This document shows positions 18,561 through 26,569 of a stretch of 32,000 nucleotides of DNA, piece by piece (positions within the stretch are counted from its first letter, which is position 1; each line of letters starts with the position of its first letter). The DNA is taken from contig CAZJKT010000010.1 of the NCBI GenBank assembly GCA_964547015.1, positions 6,694 through 38,693 of the forward strand, in the 5' to 3' direction. Both the position numbers and the translations under genes were made by a program. This DNA comes from an uncultured archaeon. GTDB lineage: Archaea; Aenigmatarchaeota; Aenigmatarchaeia; QMZS01. The notes beneath the pieces are model-generated. The model made no database searches and was not told the DNA's origin. It saw only the letters and a list, made by a program, of their open reading frames with translations.

Positions 18561-20786
18561 ATGGCTAAGCCTAATCCTTCGGATAGCGGCGCTTATGGAA
18601 AGAAAATTTCTGAGCGTTCAGACAGCTATTTTAATCATTCAATTTCTGAGCGTTCAGACAGCTATTTTAATCATTCAGATAAGCCCCAAGGTCCGGGGAA
18701 TTATGATACTCGAAAGGTCAGGGAAGAGGCTGTAAAAAATCACCCCTCCGAAAATACCGGATATCGGTCGGCTACTCCTGGTGAAGGTTATTCGGGCTCA
18801 AACCCTGAGCTTAAGGTAGGGCGTTCGCCTCTTGCGAGGGAATATCTTTCAAAAGCAGAGGGGGATTTAGAGGATAGGGCAAAATCTTTGGGGTTAGATT
18901 ATTCTTCAAAAGACCTTGACAGAATAGAGCAAGCTGTTGAAGGGGCTCGAAATACTGCGGCAAATCGCGAGGAGATTTATGTGAGGTCAGTCCATCGCAA
19001 AAAGGGCAGTTCACCGCAGAATGTTTATATAACTAAAACAACGGCAGGTTTAGGTGAAAGGGTTTCGGCATTGCATGAAAGAATGGAGGCAAATAAGTGG
19101 GATAACTATGAGGGTCCAAAATCGCGTAATGAGTATGAAGATGCTTCAAACAGCCTGGGGCCGACCCGTAAGGTTTCGCTTCCTGCAGGCTCTGTAACAG
19201 AGGGAGACAGGCTAAGCCCCGATAAGTTGGAGGGGCTAAAAAAGGAGGCTGAGGACATAAATTATGGCCTTAGGATGAAAAGGGGTTTTGGAAAATTAGG
19301 CGAGGTTTTTAAGAATATGTTTTCTCCCAAAAAGGATTCTTATTCTGCCAAGAGCGGCGCTGATAATACTGAGATTATAGATGAGCATAAGAAAATGCTT
19401 GGAGAAAGAAATAAGGCAATAGGTAAAATATTAAGTGAAGCTCAGAAGGTAAACACTGTTCCGGGCGAACCTGCCGCAACGATAACACCTATTAGGGAAG
19501 CCGCTGAAAGGGAGGCCGAACGTTATCGAAGAGAAACTAAGCCTGGGGATGAGGAGGCAACCGGGCTTAGAAATAGTTCGCATTCCGGGGAGGAAAATTA
19601 TGGAAATCCGGGGAAAGTTATGAGCGGCCATAAGGATGTTGGAATGTACTTTCAAGGCGAACCGGACCACAGTCATCTTAAAAAGCCTGGACTAACAAGC
19701 GATACAGGCTCAAAAGAGCCGGTTAAACCTGCAGACTGGAGATCCATTCTCGGGTTTGAAGGTATAAGCAGTAAGGACACAAGCGAAACCGAGAGTAGTG
19801 AAGCCTATGGAAATCCCGGTGCTGTGGGACCTCGCACCTCCAAATCCGTGCATATGATGTATGAAGTGGAGGGTCCGGAAACGGGTCCAAAAGGGCCAAC
19901 TTCCTCAGGGGGCTCAGGCGCTACCTCCCAAAGTAAAGCCTTAAAGGAGATGTATGAAAAAAGGCTTGCGGATAAAAATAAGGAAGGCTCTATTGAAAAT
20001 TCAGGTTTGCCTGCTGTGAAGGGCAGCGGTGGCGACCCCATCAGATATTCCGCTAAAGTTGCGAAGGAAGTTGAGCGAAGAATAAAGGATAATGGCGGGA
20101 CTTCTCAGGCTATTCCTCTTGGGGATGGCGGACACACAAAGACTTTAGGGGGTTATTCCGTTCATGAGAACCTGGTTGATGTTTCCGAACCTTATCAGGG
20201 AGATAATCCTGAAAGGGATATGGAGGAGGATGTTAATCTCAGAAAGGTGCTTAAGAGGGAGGAGAGGTATGGAAGAGAAGTTCCAGAAGGCGAATCATTT
20301 TTGGGCGAGGAAGAGCCTGTGCAGGCTAAAGACACGACATATAGGGGTTTGGGGGTTGGAAGAAAAGAAGTATATAGAGAAAATACAGGGCTTGAAGGGG
20401 GACTGGCTTATGCCCATAATAAAGATACAGCCTTTGACCCGTATACAAATATAGGCGAGAGGATTAAAAGCCTTAAAGGGGATATTGAAAGATATGAATC
20501 TACAATGGAGGCTAAAGGCAGTAATGAAGTAATTCAAGGCCTAAAAAAAGGCCATGAAAGAGAGCTTGCCCGGCTCGGCGAGGTGCTCTCGGAAAGGTAC
20601 CAGAACCTAACTCAGGCTTGGGATAGGGCAGAAGGAGACTCTTCTGTAAGAGGCGGTCTTATGAAGGATATATCTGCTTTAAAACCCTTGCTTGAAGAAC
20701 TAAGCTATGAGGTTAGGCTTCCTTGGCAAGAGAGTGAAAGAGAATCCTCAGGGGATGAAGCTGGCCAATCAGGGGCTAGGGCTTAG
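18561..20786 (+). CDS. Highly charged, low-complexity (probably intrinsically disordered) protein, function unknown
   Basis: 741 aa, rich in E/K/G/S/R, with no hydrophobic segment. It has an N-terminal exact duplication (ISERSDSYFNHS twice) and recurring YGNPG motifs. Transcribed divergently from the ATPase gene. Confidence 0.8.
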   Translation: MAKPNPSDSGAYGKKISERSDSYFNHSISERSDSYFNHSDKPQGPGNYDTRKVREEAVKNHPSENTGYRSATPGEGYSGSNPELKVGRSPLAREYLSKAEGDLEDRAKSLGLDYSSKDLDRIEQAVEGARNTAANREEIYVRSVHRKKGSSPQNVYITKTTAGLGERVSALHERMEANKWDNYEGPKSRNEYEDASNSLGPTRKVSLPAGSVTEGDRLSPDKLEGLKKEAEDINYGLRMKRGFGKLGEVFKNMFSPKKDSYSAKSGADNTEIIDEHKKMLGERNKAIGKILSEAQKVNTVPGEPAATITPIREAAEREAERYRRETKPGDEEATGLRNSSHSGEENYGNPGKVMSGHKDVGMYFQGEPDHSHLKKPGLTSDTGSKEPVKPADWRSILGFEGISSKDTSETESSEAYGNPGAVGPRTSKSVHMMYEVEGPETGPKGPTSSGGSGATSQSKALKEMYEKRLADKNKEGSIENSGLPAVKGSGGDPIRYSAKVAKEVERRIKDNGGTSQAIPLGDGGHTKTLGGYSVHENLVDVSEPYQGDNPERDMEEDVNLRKVLKREERYGREVPEGESFLGEEEPVQAKDTTYRGLGVGRKEVYRENTGLEGGLAYAHNKDTAFDPYTNIGERIKSLKGDIERYESTMEAKGSNEVIQGLKKGHERELARLGEVLSERYQNLTQAWDRAEGDSSVRGGLMKDISALKPLLEELSYEVRLPWQESERESSGDEAGQSGARA
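18606..18677 (+). repeat. Perfect 36-bp in-frame tandem duplication (two copies of ATTTCTGAGCGTTCAGACAGCTATTTTAATCATTCA)
   Basis: The copies are 18606-18641 and 18642-18677 and are identical when read directly. Confidence 0.95.
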
Positions 20787-20789
20787 CAA

Positions 20790-20808
20790 GATTTTTAGGT
20801 TTTTATTG
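20790..20808 (+). terminator. Oligo-T tracts after the 18561-20786 gene
   Basis: ATTTTTAGGTTTTTATTG lies immediately after the TAG stop. Archaeal RNA polymerase terminates at oligo-T runs. Confidence 0.35.
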
Positions 20809-20868
20809 TCAGAATAGGGCATATCTTATGTTTTTTATTCAATGGGGATGCGAAATCCGGCCTATCGG

Positions 20869-20878
20869 TTATATAAAT
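20869..20878 (+). promoter_or_regulatory. TATA box (TTATATAAAT) for the 20895-25657 operon
   Basis: A good match to the archaeal TATA consensus, centred about 22 nt upstream of ATG 20895. This implies a leaderless or near-leaderless mRNA. Confidence 0.45.
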
Positions 20879-20894
20879 CCCAACTAAGTATATT

Positions 20895-21299
20895 ATGGCT
20901 GATAATACTCAAGATACTCTTGTTCTTCAGGAACTGGTCAGGAGAGCAAACAGCCACACACAAAGGCTGAGGAATATTGACGAGCAGATTAGGCTTTTTA
21001 ACTCAAAATTTGAAACTATAGACCAGCAGAAAATTAAAACAGAAGGCTTGGTAAATGAGCGTTTTGAAAAAATAGAAAAGGCTCTTGCGGCTCTTGACCA
21101 AAATTTAAATGACCTCAAGGGCGAAATATCAAAAGTTCACGAAAGGGAAAAGACCTATTCTAAGAAAAAAGAGGTTGAGGAACTCTCAGAGCTTATAAAT
21201 CTGCTTTCCCCGATTAAGCATGAATTTGTGACCTGGAATGAATTTAACAGGGAGATTAAAAAATTGAGGAGTGATGATGCATTTACCGTTCGGACATAA
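20895..21299 (+). CDS. Small coiled-coil protein, function unknown
   Basis: 134 aa with heptad-like E/K/L/N-rich sequence. It overlaps the start of the next gene. Confidence 0.75.
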   Translation: MADNTQDTLVLQELVRRANSHTQRLRNIDEQIRLFNSKFETIDQQKIKTEGLVNERFEKIEKALAALDQNLNDLKGEISKVHEREKTYSKKKEVEELSELINLLSPIKHEFVTWNEFNREIKKLRSDDAFTVRT

Positions 21300-22092
21300 G
21301 GATGGGGGCGCGGGCGGCCTGCCCGTTGAAGAAGTAAAAAAATTGAGAGCCCAGGGAAAGCAGGACAGAGAAATTATTGTCCAGCTTAAAAATGAAGGCC
21401 ATTCTTTCCAGCAGATAGAGCAGGCTATGCTTCAGGCGCTAAAGTCAGGGGTTGGGCCCGGAAATAGCCCGGGTCAGGCCCAGGGCCAGCAGGGGCAAAT
21501 CCCGCAGGGACAGTTCAGTCAGGGCGGACCCCCTATGCAGGGAATGCCCGGCGCAGGTCAGGGATTTTCCCCTCAGGGGGCAGGAAGGCCTCAAATGGGC
21601 GGCCCGGGATTTGGCCCGCCTCAAGGCAATTTTTCTCAAGGCCCGCCTCAGGGAAATCTTCCTACAAGGGAAGCCCTCATGCCGTCGCTTCAGCTCAGCG
21701 CCCCTTCAACAGGGGTTGTTCCCCTTGAGGCCGAAGTAGGCACACCTACAGACTTGATAGAGGAGGTTGTGGAGGGGGTTGTTGAGGAAAAATTTGAAAA
21801 AGCCGACCAGAAGTTTGAGTACTTAAACAAGCAGATTGAGAAGAGCAAGGAAGATGCTGAAGCCTTAAAAAACCTGATGCTCTCCTCCTTGCAAAAGCGT
21901 GATAAGGTTATTGAGGAGCTTAGGGCAAAGCTTGTTAAGTCTGATGAGGAAATAGAGGATATTGTTATAAAATGCAATGCACTTGAGAAGGCCTTTAAGC
22001 AGTTCCTTCCCGAATTGACAGAAAAAGTGAGGATAAAAAACACGGAAAAGAAGATTGAGGCTCAAGAATCTCCCGATGAAGAGTTAAAATAG
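21274..22092 (+). CDS. Protein with a P/Q/G-rich low-complexity core and an acidic coiled-coil C-terminus
   Basis: ATG at 21274 (or 21277) is preceded by GAGGA (21266-21270). It overlaps the upstream stop by 26 nt. A run of about 70 residues is almost entirely P, Q, G, with some S, F, M, N, A and R, followed by an E/K-rich helix. Confidence 0.75.
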   Translation: MMHLPFGHKDGGAGGLPVEEVKKLRAQGKQDREIIVQLKNEGHSFQQIEQAMLQALKSGVGPGNSPGQAQGQQGQIPQGQFSQGGPPMQGMPGAGQGFSPQGAGRPQMGGPGFGPPQGNFSQGPPQGNLPTREALMPSLQLSAPSTGVVPLEAEVGTPTDLIEEVVEGVVEEKFEKADQKFEYLNKQIEKSKEDAEALKNLMLSSLQKRDKVIEELRAKLVKSDEEIEDIVIKCNALEKAFKQFLPELTEKVRIKNTEKKIEAQESPDEELK

Positions 22093-22108
22093 GATATTTA
22101 GCTAAATT

Positions 22109-23593
22109 ATGGATGAATCCGAAGCCAATGAAAGATTTAATTCCTTAAGTGCGGATACCCAGAAAAAAATCAAAGAAGCCATCAAAATCTTTGATGGAAA
22201 AATTACACTAGCGGATATTTTTGAAGGGAATACAAGGAAGATAAATTCGGCTTACCGTAATCTTGCCTTTAAATATCATCCCGATACGAGTACTGACCCG
22301 AGCGATGAGGGGATGTTCAGGTTATTGACCGAGGCCCGAAATTTTTTGAACGCCAAGGCAGATATATTTGCAAAATCTGATTTGCGAAAAATTGAGGGTA
22401 GAGAGTCTTTCATATTGGAATCGGGCCATGGTGGACGGCCGGTTTCAAAGGACAGCCAGGTTATGGCCCGTCCGGTGGTAACTCTTTTAAGCGAAGATGA
22501 GGAGCGCCAAAGGATTGAGAAAATAATTAAAGATATTGGGGGCAAAAAGGCTTTGCCTAAAGGATCAGGCTCTCATGAGGATGAAGATGAAATGGATGCA
22601 TATATCGGAAGAAGAAAGCCGAGCCCCGAAGAGCAAAAAATTATTGATGATGCAAAGAAAGGCGCAGAAGAGGCGAGGCATACTTTTGAGAGGCTCTCCA
22701 AGGATGATGGGCATGAGCGAAAATTTAACAGGCAAGATTATGGTACTGGAGAGGGCGGCATAAGAAAGGCGCTTGGGATTGGGGGCTCTCCAAGAGACTG
22801 GATAACAAATTGGCCCGCCCTTTTGCTGATGGTTATAGGGATTGGCCTTGGTTTTTATCTGAGCTTCATCCATAATTTGTGGATTTTCGGGTTGCCCTTG
22901 ATGATTGGTGGAATAATTATCGGATGGGGGCCTTACATTTCCAAATTGTTTTCGCCGCTTGGGTTTGTCAGGGGACCGTTTTCCCATCTCCTTTCAACTT
23001 CCGGCAGGGCCGCCGGAGAATTTATTCTTTGGGATGTGATTGCGGCAACATTTCTTTTTGGGGTTTTGGCTTTGTTTTTATACCTGCTGATGGGCTACCT
23101 GAGGATAGAATATTCTATAGTTCAGTTTGTAGCTTTGGGAATATTCAATTCTGCCCTTCTTATTTTGCTTTGGACTGATACCGCAAAAGAAGATAGGCCG
23201 GCGCCTGCCGCGCCCGAGCGAAAAGCATTGCCTGCCGGAAGCGAACAGATTGCCCTTCCTCCCGGGACTGAAGATGAGGGCGGCTCGGAGTCTGATGCAA
23301 AAAAAGCTTTGCCTTCAGGCGCGGATACAAAGGCGCTTTCTGAATCAGAGGAGGAAAGAAGGAATAAAGAGCAGTTGGCGATTGAGTCCGAAAAGCAGAG
23401 GCTTGCCCTTGAAGGGGAAAAGGAGCGCCTTGCATTAAAGTCACAGGAAGAACAGTTGGCAATTGAAGGGGAAAAACAAAAAATTGCCCTGCAGGCAGCA
23501 GAAAGGCTGGCGATACCAGAATTTGCCGAAAGCGCGCATTCTAAAGAGGAATTAGAGAGGCTTAAAAAGAAAAACTTAGAGGAGAGAGGATGA
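22109..23593 (+). CDS. Membrane-embedded J-domain (DnaJ-like) protein with C-terminal repeats
   Basis: AYRNLAFKYHPDTSTDPSDEGMFRLLTEARNFL carries the HPD tripeptide (22277-22285). About 4-5 hydrophobic helices span residues about 230-350. The C-terminus has KALP... and LAIE(G/S)EKQ(R/K)(L/I)AL repeats. Confidence 0.85.
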   Translation: MDESEANERFNSLSADTQKKIKEAIKIFDGKITLADIFEGNTRKINSAYRNLAFKYHPDTSTDPSDEGMFRLLTEARNFLNAKADIFAKSDLRKIEGRESFILESGHGGRPVSKDSQVMARPVVTLLSEDEERQRIEKIIKDIGGKKALPKGSGSHEDEDEMDAYIGRRKPSPEEQKIIDDAKKGAEEARHTFERLSKDDGHERKFNRQDYGTGEGGIRKALGIGGSPRDWITNWPALLLMVIGIGLGFYLSFIHNLWIFGLPLMIGGIIIGWGPYISKLFSPLGFVRGPFSHLLSTSGRAAGEFILWDVIAATFLFGVLALFLYLLMGYLRIEYSIVQFVALGIFNSALLILLWTDTAKEDRPAPAAPERKALPAGSEQIALPPGTEDEGGSESDAKKALPSGADTKALSESEEERRNKEQLAIESEKQRLALEGEKERLALKSQEEQLAIEGEKQKIALQAAERLAIPEFAESAHSKEELERLKKKNLEERG

Positions 23594-23665
23594 AGGGAAT
23601 ATCAGCAAAAATTCGGGAAATGGATTGGGGCATAATGAGACAAAATTTTGGAGAGGGGGCTAAAG

Positions 23666-25657
23666 ATGAGTAGAAGAAGATTTTATAAGGGAACCAAAAA
23701 CGACCCCGCATATGAAAATGCTTCTGTAAATGAATTATATGAGCGCTCAACTCTTGCCGCTTTTGTGTGCGGCACCCTGATATCTTTTGTTGCGGTGCTT
23801 TTTTGGAGCTATTTCCATGACTGGCGATTTTTCACAGCCCTGCCTTTTATGTCCGAGGCCCTTATCGGGATGATTATTGTGAATTTGGCAATAGTTTTTG
23901 TCCTTGCCTATCCTGCGAGGCACCCGTCGAGGAATATAATTATAATGTGCCTGATAATGCTTCCGATAGGATACCTTAATTACGGTCCTTATGCCGCAAT
24001 GATTGTCGGGCCGCTTGAGGATATAACCGGGATTGGTTTTGGAAATTTGGCGGGACAGGCTGAGGAATCTCTCCATTGCGTAATGATACTCTTTACAAAT
24101 CCTATGGCTTTTAACACGGAGTGCCAGCTTGGAAAGCAAAAGGCCCCGGAAGAAAAAAAGATACCTGTCGGGGTTGAAATAACCCGTTATGAGCTATATC
24201 CCGAAGGCGATATATATCCTCACCAAGCCCTAAGCATTATAACTGAGCTTGAAAATCAAGGGGACTATATTGCAAAGAATGTGACTATGGTTACTGAGAC
24301 CTCTTCTGTTGATGCAGAGTATCGGGTGTGCGGACAGGAAGTTTTCTCAACCCTGATTTCAAGCGGCACAAGGGAGTTTAATGATATGAGGCCGGGAGAG
24401 ATTGTGTATTACGAGCCTATTGGGGTAGTGTCCGACCCATGGAAGAGCAAAAATTGCACATATGCTGTAAACAAGCAAAAAATCGATGCGAAGATGTCAA
24501 CAAAATATTCTTATAATTACGCGACAGAGTCAAGCCTGCCGCTTACAATTGTAAGGAGCCTCAATGAGACCCATGAGAAGGTGCTTGAGTCAGGAAGGGT
24601 AAAATCCGCCCCTGTGTCGATTATAATGTACTATTCTGCTCCATTTTCACGAAAAGAGAAGGCCCTGTCAACTAAGCCCATATATATACATATGATGCAT
24701 GAGTATGGTTCAGGAGAAATTACATTTAGGGGTGTCAATAAGACGGTAACAACATATTTTGCAGGGGGAAAGGAATATGGCTCTTTAGATGAGGTAATGG
24801 CTGCGGCTATCGGAGGGGAAATTTCTTCTGAGAAACAAGGTTCTTCTGATAAAGAAGAGCCGGGTTCTGAGGGAGAAGAAAAAGGTGAAGAGGATTCCGT
24901 CTCAGAGGAAAGCGCAGAATGCAACAGTTACTGTGGCGCGGCCGGATATGGGAAAGGGTTATGTGTCAATACTTGCACAGGTATCTCTCTGGGAGAGGGT
25001 GGTGGAATGGGCTGCCCGAATGAGGATCTTAAATTCTGTTGCTGCGAAGCCCCAGCTTCAAGCCCGCCAACAGGAAATCTTTTGCTTGCCCAAGGCGACG
25101 CTGAACCTTCAGATTCCGGAGATGCTGAGGGCGAAGCTAAAAAAGAATCTGAAGGGAAATACTCAACATGCCTTGACAAAGACCGCCCGTCAAGGGAGAT
25201 TAAATTAACCGAAAAATCATGCCTTGATGCAGGGCACATACCGGTCTATAAAAAGGAGGAAAATGTTGAAAGGGGAGAGGGCAATTATGATATAATCTAT
25301 GTCTACCCTATTGGCGAGGAGAACTCCAAAAATATTGGGATTTACTGCTCAGAGGCGGACTCTTCAAATAGGGATGCGGGTGTTCAGGGGAAATGGGCCT
25401 GCGCCTGCCAAGGGGAGAAAGAAAAAAGGGTCTGCAACCTGACTTATATCGGAAGTAACGGCGAAATAAAGCTCAGCCCAAAAAAGAGAACCCCGCTATT
25501 ATACACGCTTTGGATTGATGTTACAGGATTTCCGGAGGAAGAAGAGGATGGGGTAAGCAGGGTGAGCAGCATTACCCTAAACCTGCACGCCAATGCAACC
25601 TATACTGTGCAGCTGCCATTAAGCAAGCCGATTTTTGTGGTGAACCCTCATTACTAA
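23666..25657 (+). CDS. Polytopic membrane protein with a large extracytoplasmic domain (CARDB-like segment plus Cys-rich module)
   Basis: ATG at 23666 is preceded by GGAGAGGGGG; the ORF track starts at TTG 23648. About 4 N-terminal TM helices are present. ITELENQGDYIAKNVTMV is CARDB-like. There is an acidic linker and then an 8-Cys module at 24920-25045. Confidence 0.8.
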   Translation: MSRRRFYKGTKNDPAYENASVNELYERSTLAAFVCGTLISFVAVLFWSYFHDWRFFTALPFMSEALIGMIIVNLAIVFVLAYPARHPSRNIIIMCLIMLPIGYLNYGPYAAMIVGPLEDITGIGFGNLAGQAEESLHCVMILFTNPMAFNTECQLGKQKAPEEKKIPVGVEITRYELYPEGDIYPHQALSIITELENQGDYIAKNVTMVTETSSVDAEYRVCGQEVFSTLISSGTREFNDMRPGEIVYYEPIGVVSDPWKSKNCTYAVNKQKIDAKMSTKYSYNYATESSLPLTIVRSLNETHEKVLESGRVKSAPVSIIMYYSAPFSRKEKALSTKPIYIHMMHEYGSGEITFRGVNKTVTTYFAGGKEYGSLDEVMAAAIGGEISSEKQGSSDKEEPGSEGEEKGEEDSVSEESAECNSYCGAAGYGKGLCVNTCTGISLGEGGGMGCPNEDLKFCCCEAPASSPPTGNLLLAQGDAEPSDSGDAEGEAKKESEGKYSTCLDKDRPSREIKLTEKSCLDAGHIPVYKKEENVERGEGNYDIIYVYPIGEENSKNIGIYCSEADSSNRDAGVQGKWACACQGEKEKRVCNLTYIGSNGEIKLSPKKRTPLLYTLWIDVTGFPEEEEDGVSRVSSITLNLHANATYTVQLPLSKPIFVVNPHY

Positions 25658-25669
25658 TTTTGTATATTT

Positions 25670-26044
25670 ATGTTGCGGCGGCTTTTAGGCGGAGATGGTG
25701 GAAAATACAAGCAGGCGATTCTAGTGAGGCGCGACCTTAATATGGGCAAAGGCAAAATTGCGGCTCAGGCCTCTCACGCAAGCTTAGGGGCGTATAAGAA
25801 AGCCGGAAAATCCGAGAGAAACGCATGGGAACAGGGGGGATGCAAGAAGGTGGTTTTGAGGGTTGACTCAAAAGAAGAGCTTTTGAAGTACAAGAGGATG
25901 GCCGATGAGCTTAATTTGCCAAATTCCCTGATTACTGATGCCGGGCTTACCCAGATTCCTGCATCGACCATGACCTGTTTAGGCATAGGGCCCGCCGAGG
26001 AGGAGAAGGTTGATAGGGTTATTCAAAACCTCAAGTTGCTTTGA
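25670..26044 (+). CDS. pth2: Peptidyl-tRNA hydrolase, archaeal/eukaryal type (Pth2)
   Basis: KQAILVRRDLNMGKGKIAAQASHASLGAY...KKVVLRV...ITDAGLTQIPASTMTCLGIGP are the hallmark PTH2 blocks, and the 124-aa size fits. Confidence 0.93.
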   Translation: MLRRLLGGDGGKYKQAILVRRDLNMGKGKIAAQASHASLGAYKKAGKSERNAWEQGGCKKVVLRVDSKEELLKYKRMADELNLPNSLITDAGLTQIPASTMTCLGIGPAEEEKVDRVIQNLKLL

Positions 26045-26520
26045 TGACTATGGAACTTGAAGACTTGGTTTTGGATATACAGAATAATTATTTCCCTGAG
26101 CTTAAGGGTATTGCTATTGAGGTGGTCCCCAAGCCAAAACTTAGCGCGACAATGGAAGTTTCGCCGTTTTCTGCCAAGATTCGGTTCAATCCCGAAAGGG
26201 TTGAGAAATGCGGTGAGGAAGAACTTTGGGCAACAATTGGCCATGAGCTTTGCCATTTTCTGCAATTTCGGAGGATAGGTATTTTCCAGAAATTGGCTTT
26301 GTATTTGAGGGTCGGTATTTTGAACAACTTGGATTGTCTGTCCCGTTTGGAAAAGGAGGCGGATCTAATGGCGATAGACAGGGGGTTTGGTAATGCACTA
26401 GTCAAGGCAAGGAGGAAAGCAGACGAACTCTCTTCAGCAGAGGTTCTGGCGAAGCGGAGAAAAATCTATTATTCGCCAACGGAGTTAGAAAAGCTGATTG
26501 GGCGTGTGAAAAGAATATGA
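26044..26520 (+). CDS. Putative zinc metallopeptidase/hydrolase (HExxH; SprT/DUF45-like)
   Basis: The GHELCH motif sits in a roughly 158-aa protein. The ATG overlaps the pth2 TGA (TGATG). Confidence 0.7.
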   Translation: MTMELEDLVLDIQNNYFPELKGIAIEVVPKPKLSATMEVSPFSAKIRFNPERVEKCGEEELWATIGHELCHFLQFRRIGIFQKLALYLRVGILNNLDCLSRLEKEADLMAIDRGFGNALVKARRKADELSSAEVLAKRRKIYYSPTELEKLIGRVKRI

Positions 26521-26569
26521 ACTGAAGTAACCGTGCGAAGCCTCAAACTGTTGTAGGGAGGGATTCGCT

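Noticed and set aside
21452-21739. 95-aa alternative-frame ORF across the P/Q/G-rich region
   Set aside because: It arises from the repetitive GC-rich codons of the low-complexity region. The main frame continues into a coherent coiled-coil domain and has a Shine-Dalgarno-preceded ATG.
22109-25657. The two polytopic proteins as the missing PilC/ArlJ platform of the ATPase
   Set aside because: Neither shows the duplicated three-TM T2SSF-type organisation. One has a J domain and the other a large Cys-rich ectodomain. A functional partnership remains possible, but homology is not supported by what I can see.
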